64,000 nucleotides of DNA from an uncultured bacterium (lineage in GTDB: Bacteria; Fermentibacterota; Fermentibacteria; Fermentibacterales; JCC-6): assembly GCA_964541235.1 (NCBI GenBank), contig CAZIPI010000013.1, positions 2,036 through 66,035 on the forward strand. Reading direction: 5' to 3'. Below are positions 27,536-38,147 of the stretch, piece after piece. The translations under genes were made by a program, and so were the position numbers. The stretch's first letter is position 1, and each line of letters begins with the position of its first letter. Under the pieces are notes generated by a model that saw only the letters and a list, made by a program, of their open reading frames with translations, ran no database searches and was not told the origin of the DNA.

Positions 27536-28201
27536 TTAGCGGGTCGTACCGCGGGTTGTGCCGCGGGGGATAGTGAGGACCTGGCCCGGGAAGATCAGGT
27601 TGGGGTTGCTGATCTTGTCACGGTTGGCTTCGTACAGCTGGGGCCACATTCCCCTGTCGCCGTAAACGATGCCGTACCCGGCTATCTTGCCCAGGAAGTC
27701 ACCCTCGATGACCGTGTAACTGCTGGCATAGGGAACCGGGACGATGAGCGTGCGGCCTGCGTAGATCAGGTTGGGGTCGCTGATGGTGTCGCGGTTGCGG
27801 TCGTAGATCTTGGGCCACTGGGTGCCGTCGTTGAAGTAGTAGTGGTAGCTGGCGATGCGCCAGAGGCTCTCGCCCTCTACGATGCGGTGGGGAACGCCGG
27901 AACCGCGAAGGCGGGTGATCTCGCCGCGGAGCCAGGAGATGTCCTGGTTGAGCTGGTTCACGATACCCTGAAGCTCGTCCCTCTGGGCACGGAGCGGAAG
28001 GACCCTGGCCTCCCACTCGGCAGCCTGGGCGTCAGCCTCGGCCTTGCGCCACTCCCAGTAGGCTATCTGCTGGGCGATGTTCTTGTTACCCCAGGCTTCC
28101 ACTTCCTGCTGGGAAAGCCGGGAAAGTTCCTCAGCGGTCCAGGTGCGGGCAAAGCCCACGGCGGCCACGAGGATAAGAGCAAACACGAAAAGGTTACGCA
28201 T
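27536..28201 (-). CDS. Secreted coiled-coil protein with two LysM domains
   Basis: Signal peptide. Two LysM repeats (HRIVEGESLWRIAS...IYAGRTLIVP; YTVIEGDFLGKIAG...IFPGQVLTIP). Confidence 0.8.
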   Translation of the reverse strand: MRNLFVFALILVAAVGFARTWTAEELSRLSQQEVEAWGNKNIAQQIAYWEWRKAEADAQAAEWEARVLPLRAQRDELQGIVNQLNQDISWLRGEITRLRGSGVPHRIVEGESLWRIASYHYYFNDGTQWPKIYDRNRDTISDPNLIYAGRTLIVPVPYASSYTVIEGDFLGKIAGYGIVYGDRGMWPQLYEANRDKISNPNLIFPGQVLTIPRGTTRGTTR

Positions 28202-28215
28202 TTCTCACTCCCTTC

Positions 28216-28482
28216 CTAGCGGCCGGTCCCGCCGAGACTCTGATACTCGGCCTGGAGTTCTGCCTTTTCCTGCTGGAGCTGCGGAATCTGCTGCTCAAGC
28301 TGAGGAATCTGCTGGTTCAGCTGCTCGTACTCGTTCTGCAGGCTCACGACCCTGGCCTCGGCGGCAAGGGCTGCCGAGCGGGCGTTGTCCCTGGCGCGGA
28401 TCTGCGCCTGGCTCGGGCCGCATGCGGTGAGCAGCAGGGACACGGCAAGGATCACAAGACAAATGCTGCGAGTCCTGACCAT
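28216..28482 (-). CDS. Small coiled-coil lipoprotein
   Basis: ATG 28482 lies 8 nt after AAGGAGG. Lipobox LLLTAC. Heptad-like QIPQLEQQIPQLQQEKAELQ. Confidence 0.55.
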   Translation of the reverse strand: MVRTRSICLVILAVSLLLTACGPSQAQIRARDNARSAALAAEARVVSLQNEYEQLNQQIPQLEQQIPQLQQEKAELQAEYQSLGGTGR

Positions 28483-28616
28483 CCCCGAAACCTCCTTCCG
28501 GTTGCGTCTGTTGGTGTGCACTTTCTACCCCACGAATCCACATAGATGGATTCAACCCCATACGAACAAGAAAAAACCACTTGGGAATAGTACCCTATAG
28601 CCGACAGAACATTCTG

Positions 28617-29006
28617 TCAAGCGTCGGGCCCCTTCGCACCCGCCGTGCCGGCTCGAAACTTCCCATGGATAAATAGATAATGAAAAACGGCAAGGGAAGC
28701 CAACAACCCGGCGGTGTCCGCCGCAAGGTCCAGAACATCGCAGTTCCTTCCCGGCACGAAGTGCTGGTGGATCTCGTCCAGCACGGCCCAGACGAACCCG
28801 GCCAGAAAGGAGAAGAGGAAACGGCGCCCCTTCCAGATGTCACGGTTCACGTGCAGTGCGAACCCGAGCCCGGCGAACTGGATGAAATGAAAGACCTTGT
28901 CCTGATGTGGAAAGAGCTGGAACGGTGGTGTGAGCGAGGGTTGATGGCTCAGCCAAGCGATGGCGATGGCCACGGCCGCAAGGAAGGCCCGCCTGGCCGT
29001 CAGCAC
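28617..29006 (-). CDS. VanZ-like family membrane protein
   Basis: 4 TM. DKVFHFIQFAGLGFAL and LDEIHQHFVPGRNCDVLDLAADTAG are typical VanZ motifs. Overlaps the upstream gene by 7 nt. Confidence 0.7.
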   Translation of the reverse strand: MLTARRAFLAAVAIAIAWLSHQPSLTPPFQLFPHQDKVFHFIQFAGLGFALHVNRDIWKGRRFLFSFLAGFVWAVLDEIHQHFVPGRNCDVLDLAADTAGLLASLAVFHYLFIHGKFRAGTAGAKGPDA

Positions 29007-30976
29007 TGGGTCTTCCCGAACTGGTCCACCGAGAGGACCGCGGGGCCTGTTCCCTTGTTGTGAACGGCGCTCAAAGCCTCTTCGGCAAAGCCCGGAAGCC
29101 TGGGCACCATGCGGTCCACCCTCGAGGATGCCCCCCCGACCGCCACGGAGACGGCGGCCTCCCTCTCCCCGGCCTGAAAGGGCTTGACGCTGAACGCTTC
29201 CATGATCCTCACGGCGCAGGCCTGGGCTGCGGCCCTGTCCGCCCCGGGAATGGCCACGAAAAACCTTCCCGGGGAAAAGCGGGTCATCATGAACGCCCCT
29301 CCCAGGGTGTCCGCGATCCGCTCCGCAGCTTCACCGATGATGGCGTCGCAGAGCCTGTATCCGTACTCCCTGTTAAGCCTGCGGAACCCGCAGAGGTCAA
29401 CCGCAAGCACCGCCACGGACATCCCCTTCCTTACATCGTTCACCAGCCCGTGCAACTCGTCGTGAAAGGCGGCGCAGCCCGGAAGGCCGGTGAGCCGGTC
29501 CTGGTCGGAGAGGGACTCGAGCCTCTCCACCGCCACCATGCGTGCGCTGAACAATCCGAATACGGCCCCCACGGCCTCGAGCTGTCTTGAATGCTCACTC
29601 GAAAGCCCGTGTTCATCGGGGCTTTCCACCACCAGAACCCCGAACACCGACCTTTCGGAGAACAGGGGGACCGCGATGCAGGAACCCACCTGGCGAAACG
29701 GGTCCTCATCTGCGGTGAACGGCCTGATGCTGGCGTCGCCCCGGGCCATGGCCCGGCGCAGGACAACATGACGGTTCGATACCGCCCAGCCTGCCAGCCC
29801 TTTGTCGGCGGGGAACAGCTTGCCCCTTCTCGCGGAGCCAAGGGAGCCCAGGGTTTCGTAAACCTGGAACTCCCGCTTGTCATGGGTGAGAACGGCAACT
29901 GTCACCGTCGTTCCGGGCAGGTGCCTGGCCAGGGAGATGACCATGGCATGCACCGCGGCCTTCAATTCCCCCACTGCCCCCAGCTCCAGGCAGACCTCGG
30001 GAAGAACGCTTCCGGCCGGCCCCGCACTCTCCTCCCACGCCGAGCCCAGGACAGCCGCCGCATCCAGAAGCATTTCCCCGGCCTCCACCGGGGCAGGCCT
30101 GCTGAAGAAGTCGCAGAAGTACAAGCCTCCCGCCGTTCCTCCGCGGGTGACAGGCACCATGAGGACGCTGGCGGTGCCGGGGTCTTCAACATACCAGGGA
30201 AGTCTCCTGTCGCCCGACATGTCCATGGTGGCCACCCCATGGGCGGCAAGGGCCGAAGAGACGAACGGATCACCCGGCCCGGGCGAGAAGGAGGCCGCCA
30301 CGGTCCCGGATGAGACCACGTAGTCCGACACCCTCAGGCCCCCATCAGGGTCCCTCACCACAAGGAACACCCCGTTGGCGCCGGTGGCCCTGTGAAGAAG
30401 CGGCAGCATGCTCCTGGCCACATCCTCGGGGAAAGCGCCGGTATGGGTTGCCCTGGGGCCGCCGGTCACCGGGGCGCCGTGCCGGACGCGTCGCTCCATG
30501 AGAAGGTCGGCGCCGAGCATGCCCAGGAATGGCGCTGAAAACGCAGCGAGAGCGCCGGGAAAAAGGTTGAGAAGCGTCACGGCGCTCCCCCAGCCGGGGG
30601 ACAGATGGCCGAGGAGTTCAACCAGGGAGACGAGGATCCCGGCCGGGTAGATGGGGCCTTCTATGGATGGAAGCTTCATCCAGAAGAACAGAAAGGGATA
30701 CACCACCACAGCGGGAGTGAAGGGTCCGCCCAGAAGCCTCACCGCAAGGGCACAGGCGGCGGCGGTCACCAGAGGGGTGCCCCCCCCGGGCTTGCTGTCC
30801 CGCTTGTACAGGTATGCGGCAAGGAAGACGGTTCCGGCCATCAACAGCGAACCCGCGGTGAGCCCTGCAAGGCTTCCGGGCCTGGGGTACCCCGCGGCGA
30901 GGGTTGCGAACGTGAGGTATGAGAGCAGTCTGAGAAGCATGTCCATGTTGATGAATGTAACGAAATTGCCCGGCAA
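29000..30976 (-). CDS. Membrane GAF-GGDEF protein with degenerate active site
   Basis: N-terminal TM bundle, GAF-like regions and GGDEF fold (DRLTGLPGCAAF...AVLAVDLCGFRRLNREYGY). The signature reads SPGRF (29261-29275) instead of GGDEF/GGEEF. Confidence 0.8.
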   Translation of the reverse strand: MPGNFVTFINMDMLLRLLSYLTFATLAAGYPRPGSLAGLTAGSLLMAGTVFLAAYLYKRDSKPGGGTPLVTAAACALAVRLLGGPFTPAVVVYPFLFFWMKLPSIEGPIYPAGILVSLVELLGHLSPGWGSAVTLLNLFPGALAAFSAPFLGMLGADLLMERRVRHGAPVTGGPRATHTGAFPEDVARSMLPLLHRATGANGVFLVVRDPDGGLRVSDYVVSSGTVAASFSPGPGDPFVSSALAAHGVATMDMSGDRRLPWYVEDPGTASVLMVPVTRGGTAGGLYFCDFFSRPAPVEAGEMLLDAAAVLGSAWEESAGPAGSVLPEVCLELGAVGELKAAVHAMVISLARHLPGTTVTVAVLTHDKREFQVYETLGSLGSARRGKLFPADKGLAGWAVSNRHVVLRRAMARGDASIRPFTADEDPFRQVGSCIAVPLFSERSVFGVLVVESPDEHGLSSEHSRQLEAVGAVFGLFSARMVAVERLESLSDQDRLTGLPGCAAFHDELHGLVNDVRKGMSVAVLAVDLCGFRRLNREYGYRLCDAIIGEAAERIADTLGGAFMMTRFSPGRFFVAIPGADRAAAQACAVRIMEAFSVKPFQAGEREAAVSVAVGGASSRVDRMVPRLPGFAEEALSAVHNKGTGPAVLSVDQFGKTQC

Positions 30977-31019
30977 GGTGGAGGGGTTGACGCGGCCCGG
31001 ATCAGCTTAGATTATTCCG

Positions 31020-32501
31020 ATGTCAGTTTGGCGCGGGCCATTTCCGGATTCAACCCATTTCAGCCACAGCCTCAATCCTGTTGGTCAACCTGTTTTCCGC
31101 CTTCATCGCGGTAGAATCTTGCAACAATTGTATAGAAACAGCCGACAGCAGAAGAAGAAGGATCCCTCCAGCCCCCGGGAGCCCAGGGACTACAGGGACC
31201 CTGAAGGGCCCACAAGGTCCAGGAGCGCCCATCCGGCCTTCACCGGACCCACATCCAGCGACCTCGAGAACAAGACCATGACGGAACTCCAGGCCATGGC
31301 CAGGGAGAGCGGGATCAAGAGGGTTTCGGGCATCAGGAAGAGCGAGCTGATCCAGAGCCTTCTTGAGGCTTCAGCGGAAAAGAACGGCTTCGACTACGCC
31401 AGGGGAGTGCTGGAGGTGCTGGGCGAGGGGTACGGTTTCCTCCGTTCACCCGAGTGCAACTACCTTCCGGGTGTCGAGGATGTTTACGTATCGCCCTCCC
31501 AGATAAAGAAGTTCTCTCTCCTCACCGGAGACACCATCACCGGCCAGGCAAGACGCCCCAGGGAGGGGGAGAAGTATTTCGCCCTGGTAAGGGTCGAGAA
31601 CATCAACGGGCTGAACCCGGAAGCCAGCAGGAACCGCAGGAAGTTCGATGACCTCACCCCGTTCTACCCCGAGGAGAAGTTCGCCCTCGAAACATCGCCC
31701 GACGAGTACTGCGGACGGATAATGGACCTTCTGGCCCCCATAGGAAAGGGCCAGAGAGCGCTGATCGTGTCTCCGCCCAGGGCGGGAAAGACCATCCTGC
31801 TGCAGCACATCGCCAACGCCATAACGGCCACCAGCCCCGAATCCCACCTGATAATCCTGCTGATCGACGAGAGGCCCGAGGAAGTCACCGACATGAAGCG
31901 GAACGTGAAGGGCGAAGTGATAAGCTCAACCTTCGACGAAGCGCCCAAGCGTCATGTCCACATCGCCGACCTGGTGCTCGAGAAGGCGAAGCGGATGGTG
32001 GAGTGCGGCAGGGACGTTGTCATCCTTCTCGACAGCATTACCAGGCTTGCCAGGGCCAACAACCAGGTCGTCCCCCACTCGGGCAAGATCCTTTCCGGCG
32101 GCGTTGACTCCAACGCCCTTCAGCGCCCCAAGAGGTTCTTCGGGGCCGCGCGGAACATCGTTGAGGGAGGAAGCCTGACCATAGTCGGGACGGCACTGGT
32201 GGATACCGGCAGCCGGATGGACGAAGTGATCTTCGAGGAGTTCAAGGGAACCGGCAACTGCGAGATAGTCCTCGACAGGCGCCTGGCTGACCGCAGGATC
32301 TTCCCCGCCATAGACATCACCCGTTCCGGCACCCGAAGGGAAGACCTGCTCTTCTCCGAAGACTCCCTCAGCAGGGTATGGGTCATGAGGAAGATACTGG
32401 TGGAGATGAACCCGGTGGAAGCCATGGAGACCCTGAAGAAGCAGCTTTCCAAACACAGCTCCAACAAGCGCTTCCTTGACAATCTGGTGACATCGGAATA
32501 G
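31020..32501 (+). CDS. rho: Transcription termination factor Rho (start uncertain)
   Basis: [24 protein letters not shown] (Rho_N), RNA-binding [22 protein letters not shown], Walker A SPPRAGKT and [23 protein letters not shown]. The canonical domain starts near ATG 31278; the frame stays open back to 31020. Confidence 0.9.
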   Translation: MSVWRGPFPDSTHFSHSLNPVGQPVFRLHRGRILQQLYRNSRQQKKKDPSSPREPRDYRDPEGPTRSRSAHPAFTGPTSSDLENKTMTELQAMARESGIKRVSGIRKSELIQSLLEASAEKNGFDYARGVLEVLGEGYGFLRSPECNYLPGVEDVYVSPSQIKKFSLLTGDTITGQARRPREGEKYFALVRVENINGLNPEASRNRRKFDDLTPFYPEEKFALETSPDEYCGRIMDLLAPIGKGQRALIVSPPRAGKTILLQHIANAITATSPESHLIILLIDERPEEVTDMKRNVKGEVISSTFDEAPKRHVHIADLVLEKAKRMVECGRDVVILLDSITRLARANNQVVPHSGKILSGGVDSNALQRPKRFFGAARNIVEGGSLTIVGTALVDTGSRMDEVIFEEFKGTGNCEIVLDRRLADRRIFPAIDITRSGTRREDLLFSEDSLSRVWVMRKILVEMNPVEAMETLKKQLSKHSSNKRFLDNLVTSE

Positions 32502-32528
32502 ATTTTCCGCGGTTTTTCCCCTGAGAGG

Positions 32529-32762
32529 ATGAAAAAGGTGAAAAAGGGTATCCATCCCAGTTACAAGCCCGCCGTGTTCTCCTGCGCCTGCGGCAACACG
32601 GTGACAACCCGCTCGACGGTGGGCGACGTGAAGTACGACATCTGCTCGGCCTGCCATCCCTTCTACACAGGGAAGCAGAAGCTGGTGGACTCCGCGGGCA
32701 GGGTTGACAAGTATCTCCGCAAGTACGGCATGAACAAGGACGAAAACACCGCCGGGAAGTAG
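32529..32762 (+). CDS. rpmE: 50S ribosomal protein L31
   Basis: [10 protein letters not shown]...CACGN...[29 protein letters not shown]. Confidence 0.9.
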   Translation: MKKVKKGIHPSYKPAVFSCACGNTVTTRSTVGDVKYDICSACHPFYTGKQKLVDSAGRVDKYLRKYGMNKDENTAGK

Positions 32763-32780
32763 CCCTGCGCGGTTGCACCG

Positions 32781-32811
32781 AAACGGGGGGCGCATGCGTC
32801 CCCCGTTTGTT
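32781..32811 (+). terminator. Rho-independent terminator after rpmE
   Basis: AAACGGGGG...CCCCCGTTT stem with an inner CGCATGCG palindrome, followed by TTTGTT. Confidence 0.8.
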
Positions 32812-32831
32812 CACACGGACGGGAGGCTTGA

Positions 32832-33758
32832 TTGCCTGCACCCACCTCACTGGGCGGACAGGCTCTTGTCGAAGGAGTGTTCATGCGCTCTCCCGCGGGT
32901 TCCGCGGCTGCGGTGCGAACCCCTGACGGCAGGATACTGGCCAGGCGTTTCCAGATGCAGCTTCTCTCCTCAAGCGGCGCCATATGGCAGAAGCCGGTTT
33001 TCAGGGGGGCCGCTTCCATAATCGATTCAATGAGGCTGGGGTTCGCCGCCCTCAACTGGTCCGCCGAGGCTGCGGAGGGCAAGGAGTCCAAGGCGGGGAA
33101 CGGCTGGCTTACCACAGCCATCGCCATGATCTTCGCCGTCGCCCTCTTCTCATGGCTTCCGCTGAGGCTTTCCCAGTGGGTGTTCCCCGCAGCCGGCTCC
33201 GGCGGTCAGTTCGTCATTCACCTGGCCGCAGGCCTTCTGCGAATGATCTTCTTCGTCCTGTACATCGTCGGTATATCTCTGCTGCCTGACGTAAGGCGGC
33301 TCTTCGCATACCATGGCGCCGAGCATCAGGTCATTCACGCCTGGGAGGACGGCGAGGCCGACCTCGCCCTGGCCGCCCACGGCAGGGACCCGGTGCACCC
33401 CAGGTGCGGAACCAGTTTCCTTCTCTATGTGATGATCATCACCATCCTGTTCTACACCATCGTTGACTCGGCGGTGGTGGCCTTCCTGAAGGTTTCCCCG
33501 GGGCCTCTTCTCAGGGTCCTCTACCATCTTCCCCTGATCCCCCTCGTAATGGGGCTCTCATACGAGGTCCTCAAGGCCGCGGACAGACACCTCGAAACAT
33601 CCCCGCTGGCCCGTATCTTCTCGGCTCCCGGCCTGATGCTTCAGAAGCTGACCACCCGACGGGCGGACAAAGGCATGCTGGAGGTCGCGGCGGTCGCCGC
33701 CGGCCTGGCGCTGGGAAGACCGCAGGACGGGGACCCGCCGGTGGAGATGGTCCAGTGA
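32832..33758 (+). CDS. DUF1385-family membrane protein (commonly upstream of prfA/prmC)
   Basis: [26 protein letters not shown] and RCGTSFLL motifs. TTG start. Stop overlaps the prfA start. Confidence 0.8.
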   Translation: MPAPTSLGGQALVEGVFMRSPAGSAAAVRTPDGRILARRFQMQLLSSSGAIWQKPVFRGAASIIDSMRLGFAALNWSAEAAEGKESKAGNGWLTTAIAMIFAVALFSWLPLRLSQWVFPAAGSGGQFVIHLAAGLLRMIFFVLYIVGISLLPDVRRLFAYHGAEHQVIHAWEDGEADLALAAHGRDPVHPRCGTSFLLYVMIITILFYTIVDSAVVAFLKVSPGPLLRVLYHLPLIPLVMGLSYEVLKAADRHLETSPLARIFSAPGLMLQKLTTRRADKGMLEVAAVAAGLALGRPQDGDPPVEMVQ

Positions 33759-34831
33759 TGATGAACGTGAAGGCCCAGGGCATCCGCGAGCGCATCGGCC
33801 AGATAGACCAGGCCCTCTGCGAACCCGACACCCTTCGGAACCCGAGGCTTCTCCGCGAACTGAACATGGAGCGCACCGGCCTTTCAAGGATACTCGAGAC
33901 CCTGGTCTCCATCAGTGAGGCGAAGGAGCTTCTGGACGAGATGAGGGAGGCGGTTTCCGGCGACGACGAGGAGCTGAGGGAGATGGCAAGGGAGGAGACC
34001 CCCGCCATCGAGGAGAGGCTTCAGACCCTTGAGACGAAGCTCAGGCTGCTGCTGATACCGCCCGACCCCAACGACTCCAGGAACGTGGTCATGGAGATAA
34101 GGGCAGGGACCGGCGGCGAGGAGGCAGCCCTCTTCGCCGGCACCGTTTACGGCATGTACTCGGCCTACTCCCTGGCCAGGGGCTGGCGCCTTGAGCCCAT
34201 AAGCTCAAGGGAGAGCGACAAGGGAGGTTTCCGCGAGATCGTTTTCGCCCTGTCCGGCGACTGCGTGTACAGCCGCATGAAGTACGAGGCAGGGGTCCAC
34301 AGGGTTCAGCGGGTGCCTGAAACAGAAAGTTCCGGAAGGATCCACACCTCGGCGTGCACCGTCGCGGTACTCCCCGAAGCCGAGGAAGTTGACGTCGAGA
34401 TAGACCAGGAAGACCTGAGGATAGACGTTTTCCGCTCGTCGGGCCCCGGGGGTCAGAGCGTGAACACCACCGACAGCGCCGTGAGGATAACCCACATACC
34501 CTCGGGCATCGTGGTGAGCTGCCAGGACGAGAAGAGCCAGCACAAGAACAGGGCCCAGGCCATGAAGGTGCTCCGCTCCAGGCTGCTTGCCGCAAGGCAG
34601 GAGGAGGAGATGGCCAAAAGGTCCGAAGCCCGGAGGAGCATGGTGGGCTCGGGTGACCGCAGCGCAAAGATCCGCACCTACAATTTCCCCCAGGGACGTG
34701 TGACCGACCACCGGATCCACCTCACCCTTCATAACCTGCAGGGAATTCTCCAGGGGGACCTGGACCCCCTGATAGACGCCCTCTCCGCCTCCGACCAGGA
34801 GAAAATGCTCTCGGAGTGCTCGTCGAAATGA
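33755..34831 (+). CDS. prfA: Peptide chain release factor 1
   Basis: [20 protein letters not shown] (GGQ), PET tripeptide in [15 protein letters not shown], and SDQEK C-terminus. Confidence 0.95.
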   Translation: MMMNVKAQGIRERIGQIDQALCEPDTLRNPRLLRELNMERTGLSRILETLVSISEAKELLDEMREAVSGDDEELREMAREETPAIEERLQTLETKLRLLLIPPDPNDSRNVVMEIRAGTGGEEAALFAGTVYGMYSAYSLARGWRLEPISSRESDKGGFREIVFALSGDCVYSRMKYEAGVHRVQRVPETESSGRIHTSACTVAVLPEAEEVDVEIDQEDLRIDVFRSSGPGGQSVNTTDSAVRITHIPSGIVVSCQDEKSQHKNRAQAMKVLRSRLLAARQEEEMAKRSEARRSMVGSGDRSAKIRTYNFPQGRVTDHRIHLTLHNLQGILQGDLDPLIDALSASDQEKMLSECSSK

Positions 34832-35667
34832 ACCTTCACCAACTGGTGAGGGAGCTGTCGGAGCAGCTGTCCCGAACCGGTTCCCCCCTTCTCGAGGCCA
34901 GGCTCATCGCCGCGGACCTGTTCCAAGGCGACATGACCCGGCTCTACAGGAACTACCAGCGGGAGCTGTCGCCGGAGGAAACTGCCGGGCTCAGGCGTGC
35001 CGCCGCCCGAAGGGCCTGCGGCGAACCCCTTCAGCACATACTGGGCGAGGCCTGGTTCTACGGACGAAGGTTCATCTCCGATCCGCGGGCCCTGGTACCA
35101 AGGCCCGAAACGGAAGTACTGGTGAGGGCGGTCCTCGAGTCCGGCCTTCCGGCGGCCCCGCGGATACTGGATGCGGGCACCGGGAGCGGAGTGGTGGGCA
35201 TTACTCTGTCACTGGAGCTGCCCGGAAGCTTCGTCACCGGAACGGACATCTGCGCCGGGGCGATTTCGCTTGCCGGAGAGAACGCCCGCCTGCACCATGC
35301 CACCGGCTACAAGATGGTGAGGACCGACCTGGTCAAAGGCCTGAAGAGGTGCTTTCACGCCGTGGCGGCCAACCTTCCATACATCCCCTCCGGCCACATC
35401 CCCGGCCTGATGACCGAGGTGTCGTTCGATCCGTTGACTGCCCTTGACGGGGGCCCCACCGGTCTGTCATCCATACGGCGGCTCATCGGCACCGTCGGGG
35501 ACGTTCTGCTTCCGGGGGGTCTGCTGGCCCTGGAGACAGGTTTCGATCAGTCCGCCGATGTATGCGGGCTTCTCCGGGGATGGAGCGAGTTACGGGTGAT
35601 CAACGACCTTTCCGGGTTGCCCAGGGTCGTCACCGCCAGAATGGAGGGAACGCTCTGGCAAGCGTGA
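34828..35667 (+). CDS. prmC: Release-factor glutamine N5-methyltransferase
   Basis: [22 protein letters not shown], and NLPYIP (NPPY variant). ATG 34828 overlaps the prfA stop (ATGA). Confidence 0.85.
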   Translation: MNLHQLVRELSEQLSRTGSPLLEARLIAADLFQGDMTRLYRNYQRELSPEETAGLRRAAARRACGEPLQHILGEAWFYGRRFISDPRALVPRPETEVLVRAVLESGLPAAPRILDAGTGSGVVGITLSLELPGSFVTGTDICAGAISLAGENARLHHATGYKMVRTDLVKGLKRCFHAVAANLPYIPSGHIPGLMTEVSFDPLTALDGGPTGLSSIRRLIGTVGDVLLPGGLLALETGFDQSADVCGLLRGWSELRVINDLSGLPRVVTARMEGTLWQA

Positions 35668-36728
35668 TGCAGGTCAACGCTGGCGGGCTGCTCATGGGCG
35701 GTGGCGCGCCGGTGTCGGTGCAGTCCATGACCAACACGCCCACCACCGACATCGCCGCCACCCGTGACCAGATAAGGGCCCTGGCGGCGGCGGGCGCCGC
35801 CCTGGTAAGGGTCTCGGTTCCCGACAGGTCCTCGGCCGGGGCGCTTCCGGCCATCATCGAGGGCTCACCGGTCCCCCTCGCCGCGGATATCCATTTCCAG
35901 GCGGACCTGGCGCTGATGGCGCTGGATGCCGGGATCCACAAGCTCAGACTGAACCCCGGCAACATCCGGCGCAAGGGCGATGTGTGCAGGATCGCTGAGC
36001 GCGCAGGGAAGCTCGGCGTTCCCATAAGGGTCGGGGTGAACTCGGGAAGCATACCCGGCGACATCAGGATGCGTTACGGAAGCGGCCCGGATGCCCTGTG
36101 GGCAGCCGCGGAAAGGCACCTCCACATCCTGCGCGAGGCGGGGTTCACCGGGGTGGTCCTCTCGCTGAAGGCATCGGACCCCATGGTGACGGTCCAGGCC
36201 AACCTGAAGGCCGCCTCGCTCTGCGACAACCCGATACACCTCGGGGTCACCGAGGCGGGCCCGCCATCCACGGCAGGGGTCCGCAGCGCGGTGGCCATGG
36301 CGCTCCTTCTCTCCAGGGGCATAGGAGACACGCTGAGGGTCTCAGCCTCCGGCTCCCCCCTGGTGGAGCCCTCCATAGGGCTCGAGATATTATCTTCCCT
36401 TGGCCTGCTGAGAAGGGCCAGGGTGGTCAGCTGCCCCACGTGCGCCAGGGCCAGGCTGGATGTGGCCGGTCTTGCAGAGCAGGTGGGCATGGCGCTTCGG
36501 GACTGCGAGACCCCGCTGACGGTGGCGGTGATGGGATGCGAGGTGAACGGGCCCGGCGAGGCCCGGGAAGCGGATATAGCGTTGATAGGAACCCCGACGG
36601 GAATACTTCTCTGGCTTCGGGGAAAGGCCGCGGGAGAGGTTGCACCGGAACAGGCCCTGCAAACCCTGATGAGGGAGATCGCGCGGTTTTCCGCGCCTGG
36701 AGGAAGCAGTGAACGAGAACGCCATTGA
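35667..36728 (+). CDS. ispG: 4-hydroxy-3-methylbut-2-enyl diphosphate synthase
   Basis: GGGAPVSVQSMTNT, LRLNPGNI, IRVGVNSGS and CPTCAR...GCEVNGPGEA. ATG 35667 shares 1 nt with the prmC stop. Confidence 0.9.
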   Translation: MQVNAGGLLMGGGAPVSVQSMTNTPTTDIAATRDQIRALAAAGAALVRVSVPDRSSAGALPAIIEGSPVPLAADIHFQADLALMALDAGIHKLRLNPGNIRRKGDVCRIAERAGKLGVPIRVGVNSGSIPGDIRMRYGSGPDALWAAAERHLHILREAGFTGVVLSLKASDPMVTVQANLKAASLCDNPIHLGVTEAGPPSTAGVRSAVAMALLLSRGIGDTLRVSASGSPLVEPSIGLEILSSLGLLRRARVVSCPTCARARLDVAGLAEQVGMALRDCETPLTVAVMGCEVNGPGEAREADIALIGTPTGILLWLRGKAAGEVAPEQALQTLMREIARFSAPGGSSERERH

Positions 36729-38133
36729 AGCAATGAGGAAGAAGCTTTCCGAGCGGAACATCGAAGAGATTGACATCCGCTTCTGCGACCTGCTGGGCTA
36801 CTGGAGGCATGTGACACTGCCGGTCTCGCTGGGAGACGCCGACCTCTTCAAGCGCGGGGTTGGTTTCGACGGTTCCACCCTCGAGGGAATGACCGCAACC
36901 GAGGCCGGGGACCTCAGCCTCGTGCCCGACCCCAGGCGCATCTTCTTCGACCCGTTCATGAAGAAGCCTACGGCAGCCTTCATCGGCGACATCATTCATC
37001 CCGATTCGGGAAGGCCCTTCTCCCGCGACCCCAGGGGCGTGGCCAGGAAGGCTTCTGAACTGGCCAAGTTCGAGGGAGCCGCCACCGAGACGTTCTGGGC
37101 ACCTGAGTTCGAGTTCTACCTGTTCGACAAGGCGTCCTTCTGGGCCAGGCAGGGCACCGCCGGCTACTCCTTCGAGAGCATAGAGATGCCCTTGTCAGCC
37201 GAACACCCCCAGAACATGGGGCTCGTCCATTCGACCCATTCCGCCTACCACATCATGCCCCCGCTGGACAGCATGCACGATCTCAGGGCGGAGATGACCA
37301 CCCACATGACAGCAGCGGGCATTCCGGTGAAGTACCACCACCACGAGGTGGGCAGGTTCGGCCAGTGCGAGATAGAGACAAGGTTCATGCCAATGCTCAG
37401 CGCCGCCGACACCGTGATGATAACCAAGCACATCGTCAGGAACGTGGCCATGCGGGGCAGCATGGCGTCAACCTTCATGGCGAAGCCCCTTCCGGGCCAG
37501 CCCGGAAGCGGAATGCACTTCCACATGTACTTCGAGAAGAACGGCGAGCGCACGTTCTTCGACCGCGACGGCTACTGCTGCCTGAGCTCCACCGCCAGGA
37601 GCGCCATCGCAGGAATCCTTCACCACGCCCCGGCCATTTGCGCCTTCACCAACCCCAGCGTGAACAGCTACCACAGGCTCGTTCCGGCCCAGGAAGCACC
37701 TGTTTACAGGTTCTTCAGCGGAGCCAACCGAAGCAGCGCCATAAGGGTTCCGGCGTACGCCCGCACCCCCCAGAAGATGCGCTTCGAATACAGGGTCCCC
37801 GACGGCACTTCCAACCCGTACCTGTGCACGGCGGCCATCCTCATGGCGGCGCTGGACGGGATAAGGCGCAACATGGAGCCCGAGAGGATGGGCTTCGGCC
37901 CCTTGGACGACAACGTGTTCGCCCCGGGTTACGACACCTCCGGGCTGCACAGGCTTCCTGAGACCCTGGGGCAGGCACTGGACGCGCTGGAGAAGGACAG
38001 GGGCTTCCTTGAGGAGAACGGCGTGTTCGAGCCCGATCTTATAGACAGCGTCATTCAGGTGAAGCGTGCGGAACTCAGGGGATTCAGCGGGAATCCACAC
38101 CCCATGGAACACATGCTCTATTTCTCACTGTAG
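36709..38133 (+). CDS. glnA: Glutamine synthetase, type I
   Basis: IRFCDLLGYWRHVT, FDGSTLEG, KPLPGQPGSGMHFH, NSYHRLVP and SNPYL. GTG 36709 lies 5 nt after GGAGG and overlaps the ispG 3' end. Confidence 0.9.
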   Translation: MNENAIEAMRKKLSERNIEEIDIRFCDLLGYWRHVTLPVSLGDADLFKRGVGFDGSTLEGMTATEAGDLSLVPDPRRIFFDPFMKKPTAAFIGDIIHPDSGRPFSRDPRGVARKASELAKFEGAATETFWAPEFEFYLFDKASFWARQGTAGYSFESIEMPLSAEHPQNMGLVHSTHSAYHIMPPLDSMHDLRAEMTTHMTAAGIPVKYHHHEVGRFGQCEIETRFMPMLSAADTVMITKHIVRNVAMRGSMASTFMAKPLPGQPGSGMHFHMYFEKNGERTFFDRDGYCCLSSTARSAIAGILHHAPAICAFTNPSVNSYHRLVPAQEAPVYRFFSGANRSSAIRVPAYARTPQKMRFEYRVPDGTSNPYLCTAAILMAALDGIRRNMEPERMGFGPLDDNVFAPGYDTSGLHRLPETLGQALDALEKDRGFLEENGVFEPDLIDSVIQVKRAELRGFSGNPHPMEHMLYFSL

Positions 38134-38147
38134 AGAGTGGGTACGAG

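Noticed and set aside
28530-28560. A possible tRNA or small structured RNA around the GAATCCA/TGGATTC hairpin.
   Set aside because: There is no cloverleaf: no acceptor stem, no T-loop GTTCRANYC consensus, and the wrong stem and loop sizes.
33755-34831. Checked the release-factor gene for a programmed +1 frameshift.
   Set aside because: The protein carries the RF1 PxT-type motif (PET) and a continuous frame. The frameshift is a feature of prfB, which is not present here.
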